From Candidatus Entotheonellaceae bacterium (GTDB lineage Bacteria; Tectomicrobia; Entotheonellia; Entotheonellales; Entotheonellaceae): a stretch of DNA of 64,000 nucleotides. How positions within the stretch are numbered: the stretch's first letter is position 1; each line of letters begins with the position of its first letter. The position numbers and the translations under genes are program-made. This document shows positions 19,403 to 29,426 of this stretch, one piece after another. The stretch covers positions 2,016,001-2,080,000 of the forward strand of contig OZ250173.1 in assembly GCA_965238075.1 (NCBI GenBank). The letters run 5' to 3'. Under the pieces are notes generated by a model. The model was not told where the DNA came from and searched no databases. It was given only the letters and a program-made list of their open reading frames with translations.

Positions 19403-20296
19403 TCAAGCCTTTCGGGTTACGATGAAACGGGCCAGTTGCCGTAGCCGCTCGGCGCTGGCGTCAAACTCGCTGAGCGCCGTGAGCGCCTCGTCCAGCAACG
19501 CCGCGGCATACTGGCGCGAGGCTTCTACCCCGAGCAGCGCCGGGTAGGTCGCCTTGCCGTGCTTGTCGTCCTGCCCGGCCTGCTTGCCCAGCGCGGCGCT
19601 GTCGCCTTCTACGTCCAGGACGTCGTCGGCGATCTGGAACGCCAGTCCGATGGCCTGTCCGTAGCGTTTTAGCGCCTCCAATTGCGTCGTCGAACCGCCG
19701 CCGAGCAAGCCGCCGATGGTGACGGCCGCGCCGATCAGGGCAGCGGTCTTGCGGCGGTGGATGTATTCGAGCACGTCGAGCGGCACCTCCCGACCTTCCG
19801 AGGCCATGTCCACCACTTGCCCCCCCACCATGCCGGACCAGCCTGCCGCGCGCGCCAGGCAGTGCGTGGCTTCCAGCAACACGGCGGGCGCAAATCGGCT
19901 CGTCAGGTCGGGTCCGGCCATGACTTCGAACGCGTAGGTCAGCAGGGCGTCGCCGGCGAGGATGGCCACCGCTTCGCCGAAAACTTTGTGGCTGGTGAGC
20001 TGGCCGCGCCGGTAATTATCGTCGTCCATGGCGGGCAGGTCGTCGTGGATGAGCGAATAGGTGTGCACGAATTCCAGGGCGCAGGCGGCGGGGAGCACCG
20101 CCTCGCCGTCGCCGCCGACCGCCTCGGTGGCTGCCAGCAGCAGGACGGGGCGCACACGCTTGCCACCGGCGAACACGCTGTAGCGCATCGCCTCGGACAG
20201 CACCGGCGGGTCGGCGTCAGGGGCGGGGAGATGGTGATCGAGAGCGGCCTCAAGACGTTGTTGCTGCGCTTGCAGATACGCCTCCAGGGGTTGCAT
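19403..20296 (-). CDS. ispA: Farnesyl/geranylgeranyl diphosphate synthase
   Basis: GGKRVRP, LIHDDLPAMDDD..RRG, FQIADDVLD, KATYP. Confidence 0.95.
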   Translation of the reverse strand: MQPLEAYLQAQQQRLEAALDHHLPAPDADPPVLSEAMRYSVFAGGKRVRPVLLLAATEAVGGDGEAVLPAACALEFVHTYSLIHDDLPAMDDDNYRRGQLTSHKVFGEAVAILAGDALLTYAFEVMAGPDLTSRFAPAVLLEATHCLARAAGWSGMVGGQVVDMASEGREVPLDVLEYIHRRKTAALIGAAVTIGGLLGGGSTTQLEALKRYGQAIGLAFQIADDVLDVEGDSAALGKQAGQDDKHGKATYPALLGVEASRQYAAALLDEALTALSEFDASAERLRQLARFIVTRKA

Positions 20297-20306
20297 CAAG
20301 CCTCCG

Positions 20307-20573
20307 TTAAAAGGGAATTTCCTCCTGACCGTTGCTACCCCCGCTCTCTTCTTGAATCGCGAAGGGTTCTGGGGTCAGGGTGCCGTCGTCGTTGGCCTGC
20401 AGGATGTCGATGCGCTTTTCAGCCCGCTGCAACTGCTGCGTGCAGTGGCGGTACATCGACACCCCTTCCTCGTAAAACTGCACGGATTTCTCTAGATCGA
20501 GATCGTCAGTTTCCAGCGCCTCGACGATTTCCTCAAGGCGCTTCAGTGCCTGCTCGAAGGTCAGATCGGCCAA
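20307..20573 (-). CDS. xseB: Exodeoxyribonuclease VII small subunit
   Basis: FEQALKRLEEIVEALE..LEKSVQFYEEG; synteny with xseA and ispA. Confidence 0.95.
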   Translation of the reverse strand: MADLTFEQALKRLEEIVEALETDDLDLEKSVQFYEEGVSMYRHCTQQLQRAEKRIDILQANDDGTLTPEPFAIQEESGGSNGQEEIPF

Positions 20574-20578
20574 TTTCG

Positions 20579-21979
20579 TTACCCTTCCCCAACCCCTTCC
20601 TCTAGCGGAGGGGCTTCTTTTTCTCGGACATCGTCAACCGTGCAGGCGAGTTGTCCGTCGTGCAGAACAAGTTCCACGTGCTGCCCTGGTTGCACGGGCG
20701 CGGCACGGGTGATGAGCTGTTGCGTGGCGGCGTCGCGGCAAATGCCGTAACCGCGCGCCAGAATGGCCAGGGGGCTGAGGGAATGCAGCTTGCCGCCGAG
20801 GCCGCGCAGCGTTTGATCGCGCAGGTTGAGGCGGGATCGGGTGGCCGTCTCGAGGCGGCGGCGTTGGATGTCCAGATACGCGTGCTGCCGCTGCCAGCGC
20901 CAGCGCGGGTTCGACCTGCCCAGGGCTTTGGCGGCGGTTTCCAGGCGCCGGGTGCGGTCCTGCATGTCGTTCAGCCAGGCTTTGTCGAGTTGCAGCATCA
21001 GGTCGTCGACCTGCTGCTGCCGCGCTTGCACGAAGCGGTGCGGGGCGCGGAACGGGCGCGTCGATGACAGGTGCTCCAGGGCGGTGGCCGAGCGCATGAG
21101 GGTATGCTGCACAACGGTGTGCATGCGCGCCAGCAGCGCCCCGGCTTGCTGGCTCAGTTCTTCGGCGCTCTTGACCACCAGCTCGGCCGCTGCCGAGGGC
21201 GTGGAGGCGCGCAGGTCGGCAACGAAATCGGCGATGGTGGTATCGGTCTCGTGCCCGACCGCCGAGATGATCGGAATTTCCGAGCCGGCTATCGCCCAGG
21301 CCACGGCTTCTTCGTTGAACGCCCACAGGTCTTCCAAAGAGCCGCCGCCGCGGCCCACGATCAGCACGTCGAGGGGCGGTTCGAAGGCGTTCAGCGCCGC
21401 AATGGCCCGCACGATTTCCCCGGCGGCTTCCTTGCCTTGCACCCGTACCGGATAGAGAAACAGGTGAACGTTCGCGGACCGTCGGTGCGCGACCTGGATG
21501 ACGTCGCGGATGGCGGCGCCGGTAGGCGAGGTGACGATGCCGATGCGCTGCGGCATTACGGGCAGGGGCAGCTTGCGGTCTTCGTCGAACAGCCCTTCCT
21601 GGAACAGCCGCTCCTTGAGTTGCTCGAAGGCGATCTGCAGCGCGCCGATGCCCTTCGGCTCGATCCCTTCGGCGATTAACTGGTAGTCGCCACGCGGCTC
21701 GTAGACGCTCAGGCGCCCGCGTGCGATCACCTGCATGCCCGCCTCCGGCGTGAATGGCAACTGCCGCACCGACGAGCGAAACATGACCGTGCGCAGTTGG
21801 CTTTTGGCGTCTTTGAGCGTGAAATAGGCGTGGCCGCTTTGCACCAGGCGCAGGTTGGATATCTCGCCCTCGATCCACACCAAGGGGTAGGAATCCTCCA
21901 GAATCTCTTTGATTTCCTGGGTGATCTGGCTGACCGTCAAGACGCGGCCAAAGGGGGATTCAAACGGCGGCGACTGCAA
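20579..21979 (-). CDS. xseA: Exodeoxyribonuclease VII large subunit
   Basis: SGHAYFTLKD, TSPTGAAIRD, GRGGGSLEDLWAFNEE, SAVGHETD. Start uncertain; TTG 21979 chosen. Confidence 0.95.
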   Translation of the reverse strand: MQSPPFESPFGRVLTVSQITQEIKEILEDSYPLVWIEGEISNLRLVQSGHAYFTLKDAKSQLRTVMFRSSVRQLPFTPEAGMQVIARGRLSVYEPRGDYQLIAEGIEPKGIGALQIAFEQLKERLFQEGLFDEDRKLPLPVMPQRIGIVTSPTGAAIRDVIQVAHRRSANVHLFLYPVRVQGKEAAGEIVRAIAALNAFEPPLDVLIVGRGGGSLEDLWAFNEEAVAWAIAGSEIPIISAVGHETDTTIADFVADLRASTPSAAAELVVKSAEELSQQAGALLARMHTVVQHTLMRSATALEHLSSTRPFRAPHRFVQARQQQVDDLMLQLDKAWLNDMQDRTRRLETAAKALGRSNPRWRWQRQHAYLDIQRRRLETATRSRLNLRDQTLRGLGGKLHSLSPLAILARGYGICRDAATQQLITRAAPVQPGQHVELVLHDGQLACTVDDVREKEAPPLEEGVGEG

Positions 21980-22234
21980 GGCCAAACCTCGCTTTTTCTG
22001 GGTATGTTGAGCGTTTTGGGAGGCAGCATTGTACAACAAAAGGCGGTCATTGCAACGCGCCCAGCGGGGCTCTGAAAGATGCGACGCCTCTGAATGGCTG
22101 CCTTGCTTTCACCAAGGGGCTCCAGCAAGATAGGTCCAGCAAAGCAGGCTCGGAGGGCCGAGTCTCGCAGTACACGATATGGCACGCGGCCGACCCGTGC
22201 CGCCGCATGATTTCCACCACATCCTCAGTCTGCC

Positions 22235-23389
22235 ATGCCTATGACCGCCCCATTCCACCCCGCATCCGGGGACGTCCTGTACCGCAGCGCCTTGTTCGAG
22301 GCGCGCCGCTTCGGCCGTTACCTGGCGGTCGAGTTGCTGGCGCCGCATCGCGTGATAAGCACCTCCGCGGTTGGCGGCGGGCAACGGGACGACGTCCGCT
22401 TCCTAGTGAACCACCAGAGTTGCGAAGGGCAGGGCGATCAGGAGCGCTACGACCTGGTCGCGCGCATGGGACTGGACGCCTATCACCATACCGTGTGCGG
22501 GGAGATCGGGATCGACCCCGACCGCACCGCCCTGATGGGCACCGCCGCGAACATGGCCTACGCCGTCCACCGGTCGGCGGCGTTCGAGGACCTGCGAGTC
22601 GACGCTTTCACGACCGCCGGCGTCTCGGGCAACGCCGCACGGGCGGGCGATCCCGCTGCCTGGGTGGAAACCGACGACGGTTGGCGCAAGGTGTCGCCCT
22701 ACGCCGGGACGATCAACACGATCCTGCTGCTCGCCTGCTCGCTCACGCCGTCCGCCCACGCCCGCGCCAGCATCACGATGACCGAGGCGAAATCGGCCGC
22801 GCTGGCGGAACTGGCCGTTCCCAGCCGGTACTCGCCGGTCATTGCCACTGGAACCGGTACGGACCAGTTCTGCCTCGCCGCGCCGCTTGATCCGTCACGC
22901 AAGCCGAAGGATTCGACCAGTCCGCACGTCAAGCTGGGGGAGATCATCGGGGTCGCGGTCAAGGAGTCTGTCAAGGAAGCACTGTGCTGGCAGAACGGGC
23001 TGGAACCTTCCCGGACGCGCGATCTGTTTCACGCGCTGGGCCGCTTCGGCCTCACCCCGGCGCGGGCGGCCGAGCGTCTGGCGGCGTTGTTGCCCGAACG
23101 GCGCTACGGCCTGCTGGAGAAGAACTGGAACGCCGTCTTCCACGATCCGGGCAGCGCGGCGGCGGCCCATGCTTTTGCCGCGGTGCTCGATCGCGTGGCG
23201 TTCGGCACGCTCCCGCCGGGTCTGGCAAATGAGGTGCTGCGTCAGCAGGCGGCCTGCCTGGCCTGCTCGCTTGCGGCCAAGCCGGAATCCTGGCCGGCGT
23301 TCCGGGCTGAACTCGCCTTGGCATCCGACGATCCGGTCGAGTTGGTTCTGCGGGCGATCGCCCTCGGCTGGAACGCCAAGTGGTCCTGA
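22235..23389 (+). CDS. cbiZ: Adenosylcobinamide amidohydrolase
   Basis: GTAANM, TAGVSGNA..AGD, GTINTILL, TEAKSAAL, ATGTGTDQ; adjacent to cbiB. Confidence 0.88.
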   Translation: MPMTAPFHPASGDVLYRSALFEARRFGRYLAVELLAPHRVISTSAVGGGQRDDVRFLVNHQSCEGQGDQERYDLVARMGLDAYHHTVCGEIGIDPDRTALMGTAANMAYAVHRSAAFEDLRVDAFTTAGVSGNAARAGDPAAWVETDDGWRKVSPYAGTINTILLLACSLTPSAHARASITMTEAKSAALAELAVPSRYSPVIATGTGTDQFCLAAPLDPSRKPKDSTSPHVKLGEIIGVAVKESVKEALCWQNGLEPSRTRDLFHALGRFGLTPARAAERLAALLPERRYGLLEKNWNAVFHDPGSAAAAHAFAAVLDRVAFGTLPPGLANEVLRQQAACLACSLAAKPESWPAFRAELALASDDPVELVLRAIALGWNAKWS

Positions 23390-24348
23390 GCAGCCTGGCG
23401 CCGCGCGCCGACCTGTTGGCGGTGGCGGTCGTGCTGGACCTGCTGCTGGGCGATCCGGTCTACCGCTGGCACCCGGTTCGGCTGATCGGCGGCTCGCTGA
23501 GGTGGATTGAAGTGCGCCTGCGCGCGGCGGGCGCCGATGGGTTCCTTGGTGGTTGCGTTCTGTTCATCGTTTTGGCGCTCGTCTGGGGTGGGAGCACAGT
23601 GGCCTTGCTCGCCGGCGTGGCCCGGCTGCACCCCGTGGCGGGTTCGGTGGTGCATCTCTTCCTGCTCTACAGCCTGCTGGCGCTCCGTGACTTGCTGAAG
23701 CACGTGGGAGCCATCGATGCCGCCGCGGCAACCGGCGATCTTGCCGCCGCCCGGAAGGCAGCCGGCCGGCTCGTTGGCCGCGACACCGATCGCATGGACG
23801 CCGCCGCTTGCCGGCGGAGCGGCATTGAAAGCCTGGCCGAGAATCTGGTTGACGGGTTCGTCTCGCCGATCTTCTGGTATTGCCTGGCCGGCATGCCCGG
23901 GATCGTGGTGTTCAAGACGGTCAGCACGATGGATTCGATGGTCGGCTACAAGACCGCGCGCTATCTCGCGTTCGGCTGGTGCGGTGCGCGTCTCGACGAC
24001 CTGATGAACCTGATTCCGGCACGACTCACGTGGTTGCTGATTGCGTGCGCCGCGGTGTTGACGCCCGGCAGTTCCGGCCGCGGGGCACTCCATATCGGGT
24101 GGCGGCAGCACGCCATTGTGCCGGGGCCGAACGCCGGCTGGAGCGAGGCGGCGCTCGCCGGTGCGATCCGTCGCCGGCTGGCAGGGCCAATCTGGCTGGG
24201 CGGCCGGCGGGTAACCGACGTTTGGATCGGTGATCCGGCCGCTGCCGCTGCCGGAACGAGTGCGGACTGTCGGCAGGCGCGACGGACGGTGCTGGTGACC
24301 GTCGCCTTGGTCGTTGGCGCGGCAATCGTCTTGCTGGCTGCGGCGTAG
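23380..24348 (+). CDS. cbiB: Adenosylcobinamide-phosphate synthase
   Basis: GDP..HPVRLIG, VGRDT, ESLAEN..DGFVSP, TMDSMVGY, RLDD..NLIPARL, PNAGW.EAA. Confidence 0.93.
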   Translation: MVLSSLAPRADLLAVAVVLDLLLGDPVYRWHPVRLIGGSLRWIEVRLRAAGADGFLGGCVLFIVLALVWGGSTVALLAGVARLHPVAGSVVHLFLLYSLLALRDLLKHVGAIDAAAATGDLAAARKAAGRLVGRDTDRMDAAACRRSGIESLAENLVDGFVSPIFWYCLAGMPGIVVFKTVSTMDSMVGYKTARYLAFGWCGARLDDLMNLIPARLTWLLIACAAVLTPGSSGRGALHIGWRQHAIVPGPNAGWSEAALAGAIRRRLAGPIWLGGRRVTDVWIGDPAAAAAGTSADCRQARRTVLVTVALVVGAAIVLLAAA

Positions 24349-24389
24349 CGGCCTGGGGGGTTATCTGCATTGGCAAACAGGGAGGAAAC

Positions 24390-25013
24390 ATGACTGGAGC
24401 CAACGGCGGCACACATGAGGAGCGCGCCCACAAGGAACGCATGAAGGTGATGCAGGCAGAGCAACGTAGGAAGCGCGCCGCGGCCACGAATCCCGGGCAC
24501 GGGCTCGTGCTGGTGTACACCGGCGACGGCAAGGGCAAGTCGAGTTCGGCCTTCGGCGTGATGGCGCGGGCGCTCGGCTGGGGACAGACGATCGGCGTCG
24601 TGCAGTTCATCAAGGGCAATTGGGTGACCGGCGAGCGCCAGTTTTTCGAGCGTTTCCCGGATCAGGTGGCTTGGCACACCATGGGCGAAGGCTTTACCTG
24701 GGATACTCAGGACCGCACCCGTGACACCGCCGTTGCCGAGGCTGCATTCGCCAAGGCATGCGAGATGCTGGCGGGAGGCGAATACGACCTCGTCGTTCTC
24801 GACGAGATCAACGTGGTGCTGCATTATGACTACTTGTCTTCCAGCGCCGTGCTCGACGGGCTGCAAGCCCGCGCGCCGCGCACCAGCGTCATCCTCACCG
24901 GCCGCGACGCCAAGTCCGAGATCGCCGACTACGCCGACCTCGTGAGCGAGATGCGCGAGGTGAAGCACCCGTTTGCATCCGGCATCAAGGCGCAGCGCGG
25001 CCTCGACTTCTGA
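24390..25013 (+). CDS. cobO: Cob(I)alamin adenosyltransferase (CobO/BtuR)
   Basis: YTGDGKGKSS, VQFIKG, VLDEIN, TGR, KHPF..GIKAQRGLDF. Confidence 0.95.
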   Translation: MTGANGGTHEERAHKERMKVMQAEQRRKRAAATNPGHGLVLVYTGDGKGKSSSAFGVMARALGWGQTIGVVQFIKGNWVTGERQFFERFPDQVAWHTMGEGFTWDTQDRTRDTAVAEAAFAKACEMLAGGEYDLVVLDEINVVLHYDYLSSSAVLDGLQARAPRTSVILTGRDAKSEIADYADLVSEMREVKHPFASGIKAQRGLDF

Positions 25014-25104
25014 TCTTGCCGGTGGATCTTGAATGCCCGTCGCGGCACCGAGACGGCCCGCATTGACACACACACCGACCTGCCGTTAACATACCGCCAC
25101 ACTG

Positions 25105-25275
25105 AGAAAGCCGGGTCGTATCGCAGCGCCCGCTGCGATCAGGGAAGATGGTGCGAAGCCATCGCTGTCCCGCAACTGTAAGCGGAACGAAATCTGCAAC
25201 AGCCACTGAGGCAGCCGCCTCGGGAAGGCGCAGAGAGTAGGTTGCAAGCCGCAAGCCAGGAAACCTGCCCGGACT
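25105..25275 (+). ncRNA. Cobalamin (AdoCbl) riboswitch
   Basis: AGGGAA..GGTGCGAAGCC, CCCGCAACTGT, GCCACTG..GGGAAGG and the B12 box AGCCAGGAAACCTGCC, upstream of btuB. A C/T-rich tract near 25402-25414 could pair with the btuB RBS. Confidence 0.93.
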
Positions 25276-25478
25276 TTTTCACTGGAGAAACCTTTCGAGG
25301 GAGAGGGTGCCAGTGAAGGTAGTACGTCCCAACCGTCCAGGTTGTTCTTCTCACACCTTCCACGTGTCAGCGACCTGTTTTCGTTTGCCACGCGCTCGGC
25401 ATCTCCTTTCCTCCCGACGCGAGCCGGCGGTTTGCCCCGCCCGGTGCGCCACCTGACAAGTTATGGAGGAGGGGATCA

Positions 25479-27374
25479 ATGCACCGCAACATTTCAAGCT
25501 TCATCGCTGTTTGCCTATTCGTGGTCCTGGGACTGCGAGCGTCCGCCGCCTGGGCGCAGCAGGACGAGGACCCTTTCCGGCTCGATCCGCTGATTATTAC
25601 CGCTACCCGCTCGGCGGAGCGGCTGAGCCGGACGACGCGCTCGGTGACCGTGATCAGCGCCGAGGACATCGCCGCGCAGGGCGCCGAGACGGTCGCGGAC
25701 GTGCTGCGCAGCGTTCCCGGTCTGGAGGTGGTGCGCCAAGGTTCGTTAGGCGGCGTAACGAGTATCTTTGCGCGCGGCGCCGAGTCCGACCATACCGTGA
25801 CGCTCATCGATGGGGTCAAGGTGAACCTCGGCGGCGGGCAGTTTGATATGGCCGACTTGTCGGTGGACAACATCGAACGCATCGAGGTGGTGCGCGGGCC
25901 AACCAGCACGCTGTATGGCAGCGGCGCCATCGGCGGGGTCATTCACATCATCACCAGGCGCGGCCGCGGACCTCTGAGCGCCAGCGTGAGCGCCTCGGTG
26001 GGCAGTTTCAACACCCACACGCAACGGGCCGCCGTGAGCGTAGGAGAATCTTGGGGTGGCCTGTCGCTTTCGGCCAGCCGCCTCAACTCCGAAGGGCATC
26101 TGGCCTTCAACAACGACTATGATAACGCCAACCTGGCCCTGCGCGCTGACCTGTATCCGAACGAGCGCACCGACGTGAGCCTCATGCTGCGGCATACCGA
26201 CAGCGAGTTCCACTTTCCCACGGACAGCGAGGGGCGCGTGCGTTTTCACAATCAATTCAGCACCACACACGAAACCGCCCTGGGCTTGCGGGGCACGCGC
26301 GCTTTGCTTCCCTGGTGGACCACCAGTGTGCAAGTTGGCTTCCATAACCGAAATTACCGCCTGCAAGACGAGTCGGGCACCGCTTACCCCTATGCCGAGG
26401 AACGCCTGGCCCTGGATTGGCATTCCGTGCTGATGCTCGGCCTGGGAGAGCTGACCTTGGGCGCCGCGTACGACGACGAGGACGATACCGAAAACAACTA
26501 CGGTCGGCACAACGCCGCGGGCTACGCCCAGTTACGCATGAAGTCTATGGAACCCATGGTGTTGATTGGCGGTTTGCGTGTCGAGGGTCATAGCGAGTTT
26601 GGCACCGAGTTGACCTATCAGTTTTCCGCGGCTTACTTCCTGCCCGGCGGCACCAAGCTGCGGGCGGCGCTCGGCAGCGGTTTCAAGGCGCCCACTCTGT
26701 TCGAGAACCTCTCGACCCTTCCCGGCGCCCTTGGCAACCCGAACCTCGACCCGGAGCGTAGCACGACGTGGGAATTGGGCGTCGAACACAAACTGTGGGC
26801 TGACCGGCTGCGGTTCGAGGGCACTTTTTTTTCCAGCCGCTTCAAGGATTTGATCGACTGGGGCCCGGCGCCGCAGGGGCAACCCAACTACTTCAACATC
26901 CAGGAAGCCGAGGCGCACGGGTTGGAACTTTCCGCGACCGTCACACCGCTGCCGGCCTGGACTTTCGGCGCCGCCTATACATGGTTGCGCAGCGAGGTCA
27001 CCGATGCCGGCTTCAGCACGAGTGCCACCGTCGCCTTTGTCGAAGGGGAAAGCCTGTTGCGCCGGCCCGAGCATAAGGTGCACGCGTTTGGCAGCTACGC
27101 GCAGGGGCGCTTCAATGGCCGGCTGGACCTGCACCACATCGGGGTGCGTAACGACCGCCACTATCCCGGTTGGCCGCAGCCGACGAGAGCCGTCGACAAC
27201 CGGTCGTACACCAAGGTGAACGTGGTTCTGGGCTACAAGCTTATCGCAGGGGAGCGACGCACGCTGGAGCTGTTCGGGCGTGTGGAAAATCTCTTTGACG
27301 AGGATTACTACGAGGTGTACGGCTTTGCAACGCCCGGCTTTGCGGCGTTCGGCGGTATCAGGATGACGCTATAG
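25479..27374 (+). CDS. btuB: TonB-dependent cobalamin receptor
   Basis: Signal peptide, IITATR TonB box, IERIEVVRGP.STLYG..AIGGVI plug, NLDPE; follows the riboswitch. Confidence 0.9.
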   Translation: MHRNISSFIAVCLFVVLGLRASAAWAQQDEDPFRLDPLIITATRSAERLSRTTRSVTVISAEDIAAQGAETVADVLRSVPGLEVVRQGSLGGVTSIFARGAESDHTVTLIDGVKVNLGGGQFDMADLSVDNIERIEVVRGPTSTLYGSGAIGGVIHIITRRGRGPLSASVSASVGSFNTHTQRAAVSVGESWGGLSLSASRLNSEGHLAFNNDYDNANLALRADLYPNERTDVSLMLRHTDSEFHFPTDSEGRVRFHNQFSTTHETALGLRGTRALLPWWTTSVQVGFHNRNYRLQDESGTAYPYAEERLALDWHSVLMLGLGELTLGAAYDDEDDTENNYGRHNAAGYAQLRMKSMEPMVLIGGLRVEGHSEFGTELTYQFSAAYFLPGGTKLRAALGSGFKAPTLFENLSTLPGALGNPNLDPERSTTWELGVEHKLWADRLRFEGTFFSSRFKDLIDWGPAPQGQPNYFNIQEAEAHGLELSATVTPLPAWTFGAAYTWLRSEVTDAGFSTSATVAFVEGESLLRRPEHKVHAFGSYAQGRFNGRLDLHHIGVRNDRHYPGWPQPTRAVDNRSYTKVNVVLGYKLIAGERRTLELFGRVENLFDEDYYEVYGFATPGFAAFGGIRMTL

Positions 27375-27399
27375 GGCGTAACCCCAAGGAGGGCGAAGG

Positions 27400-28395
27400 A
27401 TGGCCAGGCGAATCGCCGGACGCGCAGCAGCAGCGGTTGTGCCAGCGATGTTGATCGCGCTTGGTGTCGTTGCGTTCGTGGCGACCGGCGGCGCGACACG
27501 TTTGTCGCTGCTAGGCGCGCGGCCCTTTCATGCCACGCAGGTTGTCGGTCAGGACTTCCCCAAGCGGCTGATTGACCCGTCCGGAACGCCGCAGATGCTT
27601 GCCGGGCCGCCGCGCCGCATCCTGTCAGCGGTGCTGGCCAGCGATGAGATCCTCACCGCCCTGGTGCCGCCCGAGCGTCTGGCTGGGGTGACGTATCTGG
27701 TCGACGAGCCGGGCGTGTCCGACGTCGCTAAGCTGTTGCCGCCGGGTTTGCCGCGCATCCATGCCGAGGCTGAAACGATACTGGCCCTGCGGCCCGACCT
27801 GGTGGTGCTGGCCAGTTACACGCGGGCCACCGCGGTGCGCCTGCTGGTGGCGGCGGGCGTTCCGGTGATGCGCTTTCAATGGTACCGCTCGTTTGTCGAC
27901 ATTATGAACTCAATCCGCATGCTGGCTGCCGCGGTGGGGGCGGACGACAACGGCGCGCGGCTCGTCGACGACATGCGGCAGCGCATCGCCGAGGTGGAAG
28001 GACGGACGCAGGGCTTGGCGCGGCCGCGCGTGCTGTATTACGGCGGCGGCGGCTACTCGGCCGGTGAGGACACCCTCATCGACGCCATGATCACCCTGTC
28101 CGGCGGGCACAACGTGGCGCGGGACGTGGGTCTTCAGGGCCAGGGGCGGTTGCCCCTGGAGATTGTCGTCAGCCTGCAGCCGGAGGTGATCCTGGTTTCG
28201 GAGCGGGAGCCGGGGGCGGGTGGCGACCGCGCCGCGGCGTTTCTGCACCACCCGGTCTGGGCTGACGTGCCGGCCGTCCAGGACGGGCGCGTCCATGGCA
28301 TCAAGGGCGCTTGGCTCAGTTCGGTATCCCACTATTCGGTAAAGGCGCTCGAAGCCATCGCGCGGGTGCTGCATCCCGAGGCGTTTTCTCTGTGA
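27400..28395 (+). CDS. btuF: Cobalamin ABC transporter substrate-binding protein
   Basis: PRRILS..SDEIL, ETILALRPDLV, WADVPAVQDGRV; operon context. Confidence 0.85.
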   Translation: MARRIAGRAAAAVVPAMLIALGVVAFVATGGATRLSLLGARPFHATQVVGQDFPKRLIDPSGTPQMLAGPPRRILSAVLASDEILTALVPPERLAGVTYLVDEPGVSDVAKLLPPGLPRIHAEAETILALRPDLVVLASYTRATAVRLLVAAGVPVMRFQWYRSFVDIMNSIRMLAAAVGADDNGARLVDDMRQRIAEVEGRTQGLARPRVLYYGGGGYSAGEDTLIDAMITLSGGHNVARDVGLQGQGRLPLEIVVSLQPEVILVSEREPGAGGDRAAAFLHHPVWADVPAVQDGRVHGIKGAWLSSVSHYSVKALEAIARVLHPEAFSL

Positions 28396-29426
28396 GAAGA
28401 CGGCAGCGAGTCCTGGCGTGCACGCTTGCCGGGCTGGGGCTTGTCGCCGCCGTGGCGGCGGGAACGACGTACGGCGCGGTGTCGATTCCCTGGCGTCACC
28501 TTGTCGGCATCCTGGCGCACGCCGCCGGGGTGCCGGTGACGTCGGACTGGCCGATGTGGGAGACCACCGTGCTGCTGCACCTTCGCCTGCCGCGCGTGCT
28601 GGTGGGCCTGTGCGTGGGTGGCGGCCTGGCCCTGTGTGGCGCCGCCTTGCAAGCCCTGTTCCGCAACCCCCTGGCGGATCCCGGGGTGTTGGGGGTGTCG
28701 TCCGGGGCCGCCTTGGGCGCGGTCATCGCCCTTTATCTCGGCCTGGCCGCCCACTCCGTCTGGCCCCTGCCCATCCTGGCGTGCAGCTCGGCCGGCCTCA
28801 CCGCCTTCGTCGTCTACGGCATCGCTACCCGGCGCGGTCAAACCCCGATTGGCACCCTGTTGCTGGCGGGCGTCGCGGTCGGCAGTCTGAACGTCGCCTT
28901 GACGTCGTTTGTGCTGTCGCTGTCCCTGGCCAACTACGACATCGGCCGCCAACTCATCCTGTGGCTGCTGGGCGGCCTGGACGGGCGTACCTGGGAGCAC
29001 GTCAAGCTCGTGGCCCCCGTCACCCTGCTCGCCGCTGGCGTGATCATCGCCTATGCCCGCGACTTGGACGTGCTCTTGCTGGGCGACGTGCACGCCGCCT
29101 CAGTTGGCGTGGACGTGGTGCAGGTGCGCCGGGTGCTGATTATCGCCACCTCACTGGTCACCGGCGTTGCGGTTGCCGTTTCCGGCGTCATCGGCTTTGT
29201 CGGTCTGATCATTCCCCACATCCTACGCCGCCTGATCGGGCCGCACCATCAATGGCTGCTGCCCCTCGCCCTGGTTGTCGGCGCCGCCTTCCTGGTATTC
29301 GCCGATTGCCTGGCGCGCGCCCTGATTGCCCCCGAAGAACTGCGGCTCGGCGTTCTCACCGCCCTCATCGGTGCGCCGTTCTTTCTCTTCCTGCTGCTGC
29401 GGCACCGCCGCGAAGGTCTGCTGTAA
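28392..29426 (+). CDS. btuC: Cobalamin ABC transporter permease (FecCD family)
   Basis: LRLPRVL, QALFRNPLADPGVLGVSSGA, IGFVGLIIPH; GTGA overlap with btuF. Confidence 0.9.
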   Translation: MRRRQRVLACTLAGLGLVAAVAAGTTYGAVSIPWRHLVGILAHAAGVPVTSDWPMWETTVLLHLRLPRVLVGLCVGGGLALCGAALQALFRNPLADPGVLGVSSGAALGAVIALYLGLAAHSVWPLPILACSSAGLTAFVVYGIATRRGQTPIGTLLLAGVAVGSLNVALTSFVLSLSLANYDIGRQLILWLLGGLDGRTWEHVKLVAPVTLLAAGVIIAYARDLDVLLLGDVHAASVGVDVVQVRRVLIIATSLVTGVAVAVSGVIGFVGLIIPHILRRLIGPHHQWLLPLALVVGAAFLVFADCLARALIAPEELRLGVLTALIGAPFFLFLLLRHRREGLL

